From a virus (Duplodnaviria; Caudoviricetes), in the IMG/VR virus record IMGVR_UViG_638276462_000001, positions 6,655-70,654 of that record: a stretch of 64,000 nucleotides of DNA. One strand, 5' to 3'. Shown piece after piece: positions 1-9,653 of the stretch. Within the stretch, counting starts at the first letter, position 1. Each line of letters begins with the position of its first letter. The notes under the pieces were generated by a model. That model saw only the letters and a program-made list of their open reading frames with translations. It was not told where the DNA came from and did not search any database. Position numbers and translations under genes: made by a program.

Positions 1-939
1 GAAATCACCGAGGTGGAAATCAAGACGCGCAACGACGCCATTGCGCGCCTGGCCATGGGCCTGGACGTGAGCCCCGAGCGGCTGCTGGGCCTGGGCAGCA
101 ACAGCAACCACTGGAGCGCCTGGCAGATCGGTGACGAGGACGTGCAGCTGCACATCAAGCCCGTCATGGAGGTGCTGTGCGCGGCCATCTACCGCGAGGT
201 GCTGGTGGCCACGCTGCGCGCCGAAGGCATCGACCCCGACAGGTACGTGCTCTGGTACGACGCCAGCGGGCTGACCGTCGACCCCGACAAGACCGACGAG
301 GCCACCGCCGCCAAGGAACAGGGCGCTATCACTCACGAGGCGTACCGCCGCTACCTGGGGCTGGCCGACGAGGACGGGTACGACCTGGAGACCCTGGAAG
401 GTGCCCAGGCATGGGCGCGCGATGCCATCGTGGCCGACCCCAGCCTGATCAAGGTGCTGGCACCGCTGCTCACCGACGAGCTGGCCGAGATCGACTGGCC
501 CGAGCCCCCGGCCGCGCTGCCGCCGGGCGAGGACGACCAGGCCGACGAGGAGCAGGACACCACCGGCAGCGAGCCCAGCACCGAGGACGACGCCGAGGCG
601 GCGGCGCGCATCAGCAGCGTTGCCGACATGGTGCTGGCCGAGCGCCTGCTGACCGTGCGCGCGCTGGGCCTGGCCGGTAAGCGCCGCGTGAACACCAACG
701 ACCGCGCCCAGAAGGCGCGGCTGGCGGGCATCGCGCCGCACGACTACCACCGCGTGATGGGACCAGTGGCCGACGCCGACATCCCACGGCTGATCGCCGG
801 ATGGGACGAGGGCCTGGAAGAGGAGGCGCTGGCACTGCTCGGGGTGGACAGCCGCCGCACCGAGGCGCTGCGCAGCGCCGTACGTGCGCAGATTCGCCGT
901 GAGCTGACCATGCCCGTTGTCGACGCGGAGGTGTGCTGA
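1..939 (+). CDS. Portal protein, C-terminal part (5' end outside window)
   Basis: Open from window start; RLAMGLDVSPERLLG...NHWSAWQI motif typical of actinophage portals; lies before the MuF/protease gene. Confidence 0.85.
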   Translation, partial: EITEVEIKTRNDAIARLAMGLDVSPERLLGLGSNSNHWSAWQIGDEDVQLHIKPVMEVLCAAIYREVLVATLRAEGIDPDRYVLWYDASGLTVDPDKTDEATAAKEQGAITHEAYRRYLGLADEDGYDLETLEGAQAWARDAIVADPSLIKVLAPLLTDELAEIDWPEPPAALPPGEDDQADEEQDTTGSEPSTEDDAEAAARISSVADMVLAERLLTVRALGLAGKRRVNTNDRAQKARLAGIAPHDYHRVMGPVADADIPRLIAGWDEGLEEEALALLGVDSRRTEALRSAVRAQIRRELTMPVVDAEVC

Positions 940-3458
940 TGTGGCCACTGCCTGGTGAGGCCCTGAACCGGACCATCGAGGTGGAAGCCGGTATTGCCGA
1001 CCTGTACGCCGAGGTGCTGAACACCTGGTGCGGTCAGGCCCGCGCTGCTGTTCTTCCCGAGCTGGCCACCAGCGAAAACAACGCTCTCACTGCGGATGGA
1101 AGTTTGCCACCGGAGCCGGGAGGGATAGATGAAACTGCCGGGTTCTGGGATCAACACTCGACTGAGTTGATCCTAGCAGGTATGTCAAATTTGTACGCAT
1201 TGTCGCTGGTAGAGGGAATGGAAGGTATGGATATTCCCTTGCCAGACATCAATTTGTCCGGACGGGAACGGCCGGTCATCCCGGCGGCGGTCGTCCGGTC
1301 GATTACTTCGACAAGCTCGGTAGCTGAGGCCGACATCCAGCTGGCTGCGGACATCGTGGAAAGCGTGCCGGAGCTGCGCCAGGCCCGCGACGACTTCGTG
1401 GCGGCGCAGCGGCCGGACGTGGCAGCGGTGCCCAAGGTGGTGCAGGCCAAGGTCCAGGCGGCGGTGTCGGCGGTGAAGTTCGATCAGGCCCAGTACGACC
1501 CCATGCACACCGACAACGACGTACCCGTGATCGAGGTGTACGTCACCCGCCAGCGGGAGGCAGCGGCGGCGGTGCTCACGCCCGGCAGCCCCGAGCTGCG
1601 CGACGTGGCCCGCAACGAGGGCTACCAGGCGGCGGGCATCCAGAACGCGGCGGTGGTGGTCGCGGCGGCGCAGTCCGAGGACGAGCTGGAGAAGGTGTGG
1701 ATCGCCACCATCGACGGCAAGACGCGGCATACGCACTTCGCCGCCGACGGTCAGCGCGCACCCCTCGCCGGTAAGTTCACGGTCGGTGCTGCACTGCTGG
1801 ACTTCCCAGCGGACCCCGCAGGCCCGGCGGCAGAGGTCAAGAACTGCCGCTGCCGGGTCGGCATCCTGGCACCGGACGAGGAGCTGCCTGATGAGGTCGA
1901 CCGGCACACCGAACGGCTCAACGGCCGGGACAGTGTGCAAGTCAACCGGCAGGGCAGCCAGGCCGACGAAATCAACCGCCGCGCCAAGCAGGGCACGATC
2001 CGCGCCCGAGACGACGAGGACGGCGTAGGTCGCACGGCCAGCGCCGCCCCCAGCGAACAGGAGTACGACATGCCCGCAGGTAAGAGCAACAAGTTCCAGC
2101 ACGACGGGACCGAGGCAGCGGCAACCACCACGACCCTGGCCGACGACAGCGACGAGGGCGAGACCTTCCGCACGTTCACCGACCAGCCCATCGCCTTCGT
2201 CGGCATCGAGACCAGCGACGGCCGGATGTTGGCCACCGACATCGAGTTCAGCGTGCGCACCCCGCCGCTGCCGATGATGTGGACCAAGCAGACCGGATAC
2301 GGCCATGAGGACGCCTTCACCGTCGGCGTGCTGGAAAGCGCCCGTGTCGACGGCGACAAGGTGCTGGGGTCCGGCTACTGGCTGAACACCACCGAGGCCG
2401 ACGAGGCGTACGGGGAGGCCAGCCACAAGGTGAGCCGCCCCAGCGTCGACCTGGCCAAGACCGAGTGGATGCTGACCGACGAGGACGGCAACGAAATCAC
2501 CGAGGAGCAGTGGTGGGACATGCCCATCGACGCCAAGGTGATCCAGACGATTACCGCCGCCGAGCTGATCGGCACGACCATGGTGGCCACGCCTGCGTTC
2601 GGCGACACCATGATCGAGTTCAACAGCGAGCGCGAAAGCCGCGACGTTGCCCTGGTGGCCAGCGCCGCCGAGGCGTTCCGGCCGCGCACGTATGCCGCCG
2701 CGCACTTCGCCGACCCCAAGCTGACCGGCCCCACGCTGCCCACCATGACCGACGACGGGCACATCTTCGGTCACCTGGCGTGCTTCGGTGCGTGCCACCG
2801 CAGCATCCAGGCTGAGTGCGTGGTGGCCCCGCGCAGCCGCACCGGCTACAGCATGTTCCACACCAGCCCGGCCGTGCGCCTGGACGACGGCACCAGCCTG
2901 CCGGTGGGACGGCTCACTGTGGGCAGTGGCCATGCGCCCGACCACGTGAGCGGTCAGGTGGCGGCGGCGCACTACGACACCGCCGGTACCTGCTTCGCCC
3001 TGGTGCGCGTGGGTGAGGACGCACACGGCATCTGGTTCAGCGGCGTGGCCGCGCCCTGGGCCACCGCCGAACAGATCGAGATGGGCCTGGCCTCGCCGCT
3101 GTCCGGTGACTGGCGCGACTTCGGCCAGGGCCTGGAGCTGGTGGCGGCGCTGGCCGTGAACACGCCTGGCTTCGCTGTGCGTGGCCGCGAGGGCGACCAG
3201 GGCCAGCCGCTGGCGCTGGTGGCCAGCCTGGGGCCGAACCCGCGTGGTGCGGCGACCCGTGGCGGTAACACGCTGAGCGCCAACGCCATTGCCGACATCG
3301 TGAAGAACGCGGTGTCCACTGCCCTGGCCCAGCGCGACACCGACGCCGAGCTGGCCGCGCTGCTGGCCAAGGCCGACGAGAAGCTGGGGCCGATGCCTAC
3401 GCCGAACGACGAGGTGGCCGAACTGCTGGCCGAGGCCGACGCGAAGGCCGGTGCCTGA
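939..3458 (+). CDS. MuF-like protein fused to capsid maturation protease
   Basis: MuF motif KVWIATIDGKTRHTH...DGQ...FPADP...NCRC, then protease-like ETSDGR...SVD...VATPAF; ATG 939 overlaps portal TGA, SD GGAGG at 927-931. Confidence 0.85.
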   Translation: MWPLPGEALNRTIEVEAGIADLYAEVLNTWCGQARAAVLPELATSENNALTADGSLPPEPGGIDETAGFWDQHSTELILAGMSNLYALSLVEGMEGMDIPLPDINLSGRERPVIPAAVVRSITSTSSVAEADIQLAADIVESVPELRQARDDFVAAQRPDVAAVPKVVQAKVQAAVSAVKFDQAQYDPMHTDNDVPVIEVYVTRQREAAAAVLTPGSPELRDVARNEGYQAAGIQNAAVVVAAAQSEDELEKVWIATIDGKTRHTHFAADGQRAPLAGKFTVGAALLDFPADPAGPAAEVKNCRCRVGILAPDEELPDEVDRHTERLNGRDSVQVNRQGSQADEINRRAKQGTIRARDDEDGVGRTASAAPSEQEYDMPAGKSNKFQHDGTEAAATTTTLADDSDEGETFRTFTDQPIAFVGIETSDGRMLATDIEFSVRTPPLPMMWTKQTGYGHEDAFTVGVLESARVDGDKVLGSGYWLNTTEADEAYGEASHKVSRPSVDLAKTEWMLTDEDGNEITEEQWWDMPIDAKVIQTITAAELIGTTMVATPAFGDTMIEFNSERESRDVALVASAAEAFRPRTYAAAHFADPKLTGPTLPTMTDDGHIFGHLACFGACHRSIQAECVVAPRSRTGYSMFHTSPAVRLDDGTSLPVGRLTVGSGHAPDHVSGQVAAAHYDTAGTCFALVRVGEDAHGIWFSGVAAPWATAEQIEMGLASPLSGDWRDFGQGLELVAALAVNTPGFAVRGREGDQGQPLALVASLGPNPRGAATRGGNTLSANAIADIVKNAVSTALAQRDTDAELAALLAKADEKLGPMPTPNDEVAELLAEADAKAGA

Positions 3459-3682
3459 TGGGGTGCGGGTGCGGCGGCGGTGCCGGTAGCAACCGCAGCG
3501 ACACCATCGGCTACTACGTGGTGCTCCCCAACGGGGGCGGCACGTTGCCTGTCGGCGTGAACCCGGCCGACCCCGACGCCGGGGAGCCGCCGTACGCCTT
3601 CTACCAGGAGGCGCACAACCAGGTGGTTCTGAACGGTGGCGGCACCGTGCGTCGGCTGCGTAAGCAGCCGGTCACCACGTGA
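3458..3682 (+). CDS. Small MGCGC-type head-associated protein
   Basis: TGATG overlap; MGCGC start; between protease and capsid. Confidence 0.7.
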   Translation: MGCGCGGGAGSNRSDTIGYYVVLPNGGGTLPVGVNPADPDAGEPPYAFYQEAHNQVVLNGGGTVRRLRKQPVTT

Positions 3683-3698
3683 TTGCACGCCCGTCGTC

Positions 3699-3704
3699 TA
3701 CGTT
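3699..3704 (+). promoter_or_regulatory. Putative -10 (TACGTT) for capsid transcript
   Basis: TANNNT at start of 110-nt intergenic gap before capsid gene. Confidence 0.4.
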
Positions 3705-3792
3705 TGGCCAGCAGAGAGTTCCCGCCCGAGTTATGTACCGGGGGACGATCACCGAGAACCATATTGGCGCTGCTTGAGACAAGGAGTTCGCA

Positions 3793-5601
3793 GTGTTCGT
3801 CTCCCCTGCTCCGCACTACGGCGTGAGCACCCGTAAGGTCGGCCAGTTTGCGCACCAGATGCCGCAGACCCTGCCCACGGCAGCGGCCGAACTGGCTGCG
3901 CTGCTGGAAAGCGCGCAGGCCGACATCAACGACATCCGCACCCGCCACGCAGCCGGTGAGACCCTGACCGGCGCTGACGCCGTACGGCTCAAGGCGCTGC
4001 TCGGTGACGTGGACACCATCACCGCCGCGCACGCCGCAGCGGTGCTGGCCGAGCCCGCCGACGCCGACGAGGTGGCGGGGCTGCTCAGCCAGGCCGACGG
4101 CGGCACCGCCGCGCCGGAAGCCCCCGAGGCCCCGGCTGACGAGGCACCGGCAGACGAGGCCCCCGAGGGCGGTGCCGGTGGCGCTGCACCCGAGGCCCCG
4201 GCCGACGCCCCGCAGGTGCCGGTCGCTGCCAGCGCCACGCCGCCCGCTGCCACCAACGGCAACCGCCCGGTGTCGTTCGGCGCTGCGGTTACCGGTGCGC
4301 CGCCCGAGGCTGCGCCTTCCGATGGCCCGACGCCAGGCTGGGTCATGCAGCCAGGAGTACCGGGCTACAAGGCGGGCATGGAGCCGGTGGGCTTCGCACA
4401 GCTGGCCAAGCAGCTCGACACCATCCGGCCGGGCAGCCGGTCGGTGCGGGCCAACCGGCCCGACAAGCACATGGACGGGCAGTCGTTCAGTGCTCAGGTG
4501 GTGTCGGCCCTGACCCGCGATATGCCGGTCGTTGACGACCCGCACGCCCTGGTCGCGGCCATCAACGAGGCCACCAGCCAGGTCAACGGCCAGCGCGTCA
4601 CCGCTGCCAGCCTCACGGCTGCCGGTGGCTGGTGCGCCCCGTCCGAGCAGCTGTACGACTTATGCGACGTGCCGGACGCCACCGACTTGCTCAGCCTGCC
4701 GGAAATCACCATCAACCGTGGTGGTATCCGCTGGCCGCGCGAACCTGATCTGTCCGGCATCTTCGAGGACTTCGAGTGGTTCTTCACCGAGCCCGAGCTG
4801 GAGGCCACCGACCCGGTGACCGGCGCTCCCACTGCGATCAAGCAGTGCGTCGAAATCCCCTGCCCCGAGGACTTTGACGAAATCCGGCTCAACGCTGTTG
4901 GCTGGTGCGTCGAGGCGGGCATCCTCCAGGAGCAGGGCTGGCCGGAGCTGATCGAGTGGTTCATGCGCTCGCTCACTCAGGAGCACCTGCGGGCGCTGTC
5001 CCGCCGGTCCATCCTGAACATCGTGGCGGGCTCCGGTGCCGCCAAGGTGATCCCGCCGACCAGCGTCATGGGTTCGGTCGCGTCGGTGCTCAACAGCCTT
5101 GCGCTGATGGCCACCAACATCCGGCTCAAGCGGGGCCTGTCGCGCACTGCCACCATCGAGGGCATCGCCCCGAGCTGGTTCTTCGAGGTGCTGCGCGCCG
5201 ACCTGGCGTTCCGCGAGGGCACGGACACCTTCGCGGTGACCGACGCCCAGATCCTCGGATGGCTGACCGCGCGCAACATCGCGCTCCAGTTCGTCGGTGA
5301 CTGGCAGACCCGTGCTGCTGGCCTGCCCGGCAACCTGGACACGCTGGTGTGGCCGAGCACGGTCCAGCTGGTGCTGTACCCGGCCGGTACCTGGTTCCGT
5401 TCGATGTCCAACGTCATCGAGCTGGGCGTCATGTACCCCAAGGAACAGCTCCAGGTGAACCGCTTCACCCGCATGTTCACGGAGGACGCCATCGCCGTCG
5501 GCAAGCGCTGCGGCGAGTCGGTCCTGGTGACCATCCCGCTCGACGTGACGGGCGCGATCGGTCAGCGCGAGTACCTGGCCGCGAACCAGCCCGCACCGTA
5601 G
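3793..5601 (+). CDS. Major capsid (hexamer) protein with N-terminal scaffold-like region
   Basis: SD AAGGAG; helical N-terminus, A/P/E linker, then TAAGGWCAPSE...RGGIRWP capsid motif. Confidence 0.85.
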   Translation: MFVSPAPHYGVSTRKVGQFAHQMPQTLPTAAAELAALLESAQADINDIRTRHAAGETLTGADAVRLKALLGDVDTITAAHAAAVLAEPADADEVAGLLSQADGGTAAPEAPEAPADEAPADEAPEGGAGGAAPEAPADAPQVPVAASATPPAATNGNRPVSFGAAVTGAPPEAAPSDGPTPGWVMQPGVPGYKAGMEPVGFAQLAKQLDTIRPGSRSVRANRPDKHMDGQSFSAQVVSALTRDMPVVDDPHALVAAINEATSQVNGQRVTAASLTAAGGWCAPSEQLYDLCDVPDATDLLSLPEITINRGGIRWPREPDLSGIFEDFEWFFTEPELEATDPVTGAPTAIKQCVEIPCPEDFDEIRLNAVGWCVEAGILQEQGWPELIEWFMRSLTQEHLRALSRRSILNIVAGSGAAKVIPPTSVMGSVASVLNSLALMATNIRLKRGLSRTATIEGIAPSWFFEVLRADLAFREGTDTFAVTDAQILGWLTARNIALQFVGDWQTRAAGLPGNLDTLVWPSTVQLVLYPAGTWFRSMSNVIELGVMYPKEQLQVNRFTRMFTEDAIAVGKRCGESVLVTIPLDVTGAIGQREYLAANQPAP

Positions 5602-5623
5602 GGCTGGCAGCTACGTCAAGACT

Positions 5624-5680
5624 GAAGGCGGGCAGAGTGGACAACCCGAGGCCGTCCGCTCAGCCCGCCTTCTCTCGTCT
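5624..5680 (+). terminator. Long intergenic hairpin with weak pyrimidine tail
   Basis: GAAGGCGGGC/GCCCGCCTTC plus GAGTGGAC/GTCCGCTC, followed by TCTCGTCT. Confidence 0.55.
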
Positions 5681-5695
5681 CACCAGGAGGAATAG

Positions 5696-6487
5696 ATGAC
5701 CGCCCCCGTGATCGACGTGGTTCACTTCACGCCGCCCCCGCTCAACCCGACCACCTATGGCCTGTACGGCGCGGTGGGCACCTGGCAGAACGACCCCGAG
5801 AACCGCTGGCATCACGGCGTGGAGTTCCGCTCCGGCGGCAACTACGGCGGCGAGGACAGCTTCGGTGTCTGGAACGCGCCCTGGTGCGGCGATCCCGTGC
5901 CGCCCGACCAGCTCAAGACGGGCGAGCGGCCGGACAACCTGGACCCGTTCTACCCCGTGACGGTCTGGGCGTACGACGAGTGCGACCTGACCGCCCCCAG
6001 CCGCGCCGAGGTGGAAGCCCGCGCCGCCCAGGTGCTGCGCCTGGAGGAGCAGGTGGCTGTGGAGCGCGAGTTCGCCGCGCGCCTGCTGCTGGACGCTGCC
6101 GACCTGGAGACCCCGATCCCCACCGCCGCCAGCCTGCACCTGGCGGTCGGCGCGCTGGAAGGCGCGGCGGCGCTGACGAACACGCAGGTGTATTTCCACG
6201 TCGGCGCGCAGTGGGTGTCGCAAGACCCCACCGGCAGTCTGTTCAAGAAGTCCGGCACCACCTGGACCAGCCCCTTGGGCAATATCTGGGTGGTCGGTGG
6301 CGGCTACGTGGACGGGCTGGAGGACACCATCGTGGCGACCAGCCAGCCCTTCGGCTGGCGCGACGAGGCCACCGTGCGCACGGCCATCGACCAGAAGAAC
6401 AACCTGTTCGCTGCCGTCGCGGAGCGTAGCGTCCTGGTTGGATACGAGGCGGTCATTGCCGCTGTGACCATCACCCCGGCCCCGTAA
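5696..6487 (+). CDS. Second capsid protein (pentamer type)
   Basis: SD AGGAGG; 263 aa directly after the main capsid gene, as in Cluster B; AVAERSVLVGYE C-terminus. Confidence 0.7.
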   Translation: MTAPVIDVVHFTPPPLNPTTYGLYGAVGTWQNDPENRWHHGVEFRSGGNYGGEDSFGVWNAPWCGDPVPPDQLKTGERPDNLDPFYPVTVWAYDECDLTAPSRAEVEARAAQVLRLEEQVAVEREFAARLLLDAADLETPIPTAASLHLAVGALEGAAALTNTQVYFHVGAQWVSQDPTGSLFKKSGTTWTSPLGNIWVVGGGYVDGLEDTIVATSQPFGWRDEATVRTAIDQKNNLFAAVAERSVLVGYEAVIAAVTITPAP

Positions 6488-6498
6488 GGAGACCTGAC

Positions 6499-7362
6499 AT
6501 GCCTGCCGGAATCATCGCCACCGTCGACAACGGGTTCGCCACGCTCGACTTCGTGGACAAGAGCCTGCGTGGCCCCGCCCTGGCCGAACTGGTCGAAATC
6601 GGCGGGCCTGCCAGCATCGAGACCATCACCCGCGATGGCCCGCGCCGCAAGTACCGCGTGCCCGAGGGCAATGCCCAGGCGGCTGGGCTGCTCGACGGTG
6701 ACGAGGTGGGCGACAAGTGGTCTGCCGGGCGCGACACCGGGGCGGCGGCAGCCACCAAGGCCAGCGACCCGAACGTCAACGCTGGGGCCGACAATGCCAA
6801 TTGGCATACCCCGGTGGACCAGTACACCAGCGCCAACGCATACGTCGGCAAGGTGCCGAACGCCACGGTGCTGCACAACCGGGGCCAGGTGTACACCGGG
6901 GACGCCGACAGCGTGGGCGGCGACCTGGCGCACCCGCCGACGCACGCCGAGGTCATCCAGAACGTCAAGGACGCCAAGAACCCGCCGACCGAGGGCTTCG
7001 CGGCACCGATGGCCCGCGCGGCTGTGGTGGCGGGCAGCCTGGCCGAGCAGGACAGCGCCCTGGGCAGCGACCCCGGCGGCTGGGGTCCACAGCCCGGCGA
7101 CGGCGGCGATACCGGCACCGAGGCGGTGGAAGCGCCCGCAGAGGCCGACGCTTCGGCCCCCAGCGAGCCGCAGGGCGGCGAAACGCCGGACCCCGAGGTA
7201 ACCACACTGGCCGAGCCCCAGGAATACCCTGACGGCGAGCCCACGACGGAGTGGACCCGCAAGCAGCTGGACGCCTACGCGGCAGCTGTGAAGGGCCTGG
7301 ACACCACCAAGCTCGACAGTAAGGCGGCTGTGCTGGCCGCGATCAACGCACCCAAGGAGTAG
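6499..7362 (+). CDS. Virion-associated protein with C-terminal HeH/Rho_N-like helical domain
   Basis: SD AAGGAG; C-terminal YPDGEPTTEWTRKQLDAYA...KAAVLAAI. Confidence 0.6.
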   Translation: MPAGIIATVDNGFATLDFVDKSLRGPALAELVEIGGPASIETITRDGPRRKYRVPEGNAQAAGLLDGDEVGDKWSAGRDTGAAAATKASDPNVNAGADNANWHTPVDQYTSANAYVGKVPNATVLHNRGQVYTGDADSVGGDLAHPPTHAEVIQNVKDAKNPPTEGFAAPMARAAVVAGSLAEQDSALGSDPGGWGPQPGDGGDTGTEAVEAPAEADASAPSEPQGGETPDPEVTTLAEPQEYPDGEPTTEWTRKQLDAYAAAVKGLDTTKLDSKAAVLAAINAPKE

Positions 7363-7365
7363 CTG

Positions 7366-7767
7366 ATGACCGGTCATCAGACCGCACTCAGCGTTCGCGC
7401 ATGGCTCCAGGCCCGTATCCCGGCCAGCTGGCGGGAGGGCTGGTACCGACTGGCGTCGGGCCTGGTCATGTTCCTGTTTGCCTTCGGGCTGCTGACGGCC
7501 GACGCGGTGACGCTCTGGCTCCAGCTGGCCGTGGCCACCGTGACGCTGCTGTTCGCGTTGCTGTACGCCACCGGCCCCTGGCGTGTGGCGCTGTATGCCA
7601 TCGTGGCCCCGGTGGGCGCGGTGCTGCTGTTCTACGGCGTGGTGGACGACGTGCGCTGGGCACTGATCAGCGCAGCCGTGGCCCAGGTATTCGGCATCAC
7701 CACGGCGGCGGCTAAGACCATCACCGTCGACCCCGACGGGCGAGTGGTTGGCCTGACGGTACGGTGA
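7366..7767 (+). CDS. Holin-like protein (4 TM segments)
   Basis: 133 aa with four hydrophobic stretches. Confidence 0.7.
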   Translation: MTGHQTALSVRAWLQARIPASWREGWYRLASGLVMFLFAFGLLTADAVTLWLQLAVATVTLLFALLYATGPWRVALYAIVAPVGAVLLFYGVVDDVRWALISAAVAQVFGITTAAAKTITVDPDGRVVGLTVR

Positions 7768-8138
7768 CGAACCCGTGGGACGGCCCCCGTCACCGTTCGT
7801 GGGCATCGAACACGATGCTCACGTTCGTGCTGCTGGTCGTACTCATCATCGCCACGGTGGCCAGTGACTACTGGGGTGAGCCGCCGAACTACCTGGTCGG
7901 CCTGCTGGGCACTGCGGCCGGTGCATTCTTCGCCGCCATTGGCAGCGACAAGCAGAAGAAGGACGCCGAGGTCCGCGAGACGGCCGAACGTGCCGAGGCC
8001 AAGGCTGACGCAGTGGGGCGCATCACCGCCGCCGCCGAGCACCCCGAAGTGGTCACCAAGATCACGCCGCCGTTCACTCCCGAGGACGTTGGCGGAAGTA
8101 AGGGGGACGAGGATGGTGGGGGCGGTGGGCCACGGTGA
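7764..8138 (+). CDS. Membrane protein (2 TM), probably lysis-associated
   Basis: GTGA overlap; two hydrophobic helices then charged tail. Confidence 0.65.
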   Translation: MTNPWDGPRHRSWASNTMLTFVLLVVLIIATVASDYWGEPPNYLVGLLGTAAGAFFAAIGSDKQKKDAEVRETAERAEAKADAVGRITAAAEHPEVVTKITPPFTPEDVGGSKGDEDGGGGGPR

Positions 8139-8743
8139 CGCCGGTACTTGAGCTGATCTACAGCTTCCCGTTTGTGACGGGGCTGCTGGTGGGCATTGCA
8201 GCTCAGCGGGTGTATGCCCATGCCATGTGTCGATACGAGAACGCGCATCATCCGTTGCCGGGCGGGCGGCGTCATCGCGTGGTAGGCATCAATCGCATGT
8301 GGCTGGCCGGGCTGGTGCTGGTGGCCACCCTGGGCTACGTGTTGCTCCAGACGGGGCAGACCGAGGCCAAGTACCGGGGCCTGGCCCGCGACGTGGCCAA
8401 GTGCCAAACGGAGTTCAACACGGCGCTCAAGGTGCGCAGCCAGATCACCGCTGAGAATGACGCGCTTAGCGTCAAGCAGCGCGACCTCCTCACGGAGCTG
8501 GCCGACGCCGCCAGCGTGCTGGTGGACCGGCAGCTGAACCCGCCGGATGCCATCGCGGCGCTGGAGATTGACGATCCCCGGCGGCTGGCCTGGAACGAGG
8601 ACGTGACCCGCGTGTACTTCCAGCGGGTGACAAAGTTGCGCGAGGAAATCAACAAGGTGCACGACGAGCAGACGCAGCTCCAGAAGGACCGGGCCAAGAA
8701 CCCGCTGCCCGAACCGACGTGCGGCGGTGTGCTGCCCCGGTAG
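8135..8743 (+). CDS. Membrane protein with coiled-coil domain
   Basis: GTGA overlap; N-terminal TM segments, long amphipathic helix, PLPEPTC end. Confidence 0.65.
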   Translation: MTPVLELIYSFPFVTGLLVGIAAQRVYAHAMCRYENAHHPLPGGRRHRVVGINRMWLAGLVLVATLGYVLLQTGQTEAKYRGLARDVAKCQTEFNTALKVRSQITAENDALSVKQRDLLTELADAASVLVDRQLNPPDAIAALEIDDPRRLAWNEDVTRVYFQRVTKLREEINKVHDEQTQLQKDRAKNPLPEPTCGGVLPR

Positions 8744-8759
8744 CTGCACCGTCGCCGCC

Positions 8760-8765
8760 TAGTGT
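8760..8765 (+). promoter_or_regulatory. Putative -10 (TAGTGT) for tail tube transcript
   Basis: TANNNT in intergenic gap, upstream of a hairpin leader and SD. Confidence 0.45.
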
Positions 8766-8826
8766 TTGAGCCAGCCTCGGAGACCGACCTGGCGCGCTGC
8801 GCCTGACACCAGGAGGAATACCAGAC

Positions 8827-9633
8827 ATGCCTGGCATCCAGCCCGTCAAGGGCACGCGGCTCCGCGCCACGAAGATCAACGGCTGCGGTATGCCGATTGC
8901 CGGTCCCCGCAACCGCCTCGTCACGTCCGGCTACGTCAGCCTGACCCTTACCGCAGTGATGCGGGAGGCCCAGGACTTGACGCAGGACAACGCCGAGGGC
9001 AAGGAATGCTTCACCGACCGGACGCCGCCCGAGCGCCGCTGGTACACCCCGGCCCTGGAGCTGTGCAACGTGAACACCGGTCTGCTGACCATGTTCACCG
9101 GCTGGGAGTCGGTGCTTGACGCCAACGACCTGCCCGTTGGCTACCGCGACCAGAAGGAAATCGAGACCGACTACGGCATCGCGCTGGAGCTGTGGACGGC
9201 CGGTAAGTCCGACGAGGACTGCGACGACATCCCCACCAGTGACGCGGTGTTCGCCGCTGCCGGGTCGGGCCGGAGCTACGGCTACTTCCTGTTCGGCGGC
9301 ACCGAGTGGACCCCTGGCGACATCACCATCGGTGCCACGGTGTCGACCTTCACCCTGACCGGCCGCACCATCGCGCTGCCGTACTGGGGCAAGGGTCCGT
9401 ACAACGTCCAGGAGGACGAGAACGGCGACCCCGGCCGTCTGGTGACGCCCACCAGCAAGAAGGAGCACCTGACCGTGTTCCGCACCATGGTGCCGCCGCC
9501 GGAGCCGACGCCGGGCACCGAGCCCGTGGCGCTGGCCACCAGCTCGATCTTCGTTGCGCCGGATTACTACTACGGAGGCCCGGCCAGCGAGCCCGCCGCC
9601 GCCACCGCACCGGACCAGCCCGCGATCCCGTAA
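8827..9633 (+). CDS. Major tail (tube) protein
   Basis: SD AGGAGG; KGTRLRATKINGCG...NAEGKEC...LELCNVN...WGKGPYNV; followed by terminator. Confidence 0.85.
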   Translation: MPGIQPVKGTRLRATKINGCGMPIAGPRNRLVTSGYVSLTLTAVMREAQDLTQDNAEGKECFTDRTPPERRWYTPALELCNVNTGLLTMFTGWESVLDANDLPVGYRDQKEIETDYGIALELWTAGKSDEDCDDIPTSDAVFAAAGSGRSYGYFLFGGTEWTPGDITIGATVSTFTLTGRTIALPYWGKGPYNVQEDENGDPGRLVTPTSKKEHLTVFRTMVPPPEPTPGTEPVALATSSIFVAPDYYYGGPASEPAAATAPDQPAIP

Positions 9634-9653
9634 GCTGGCCCGCATCAGCGAAG

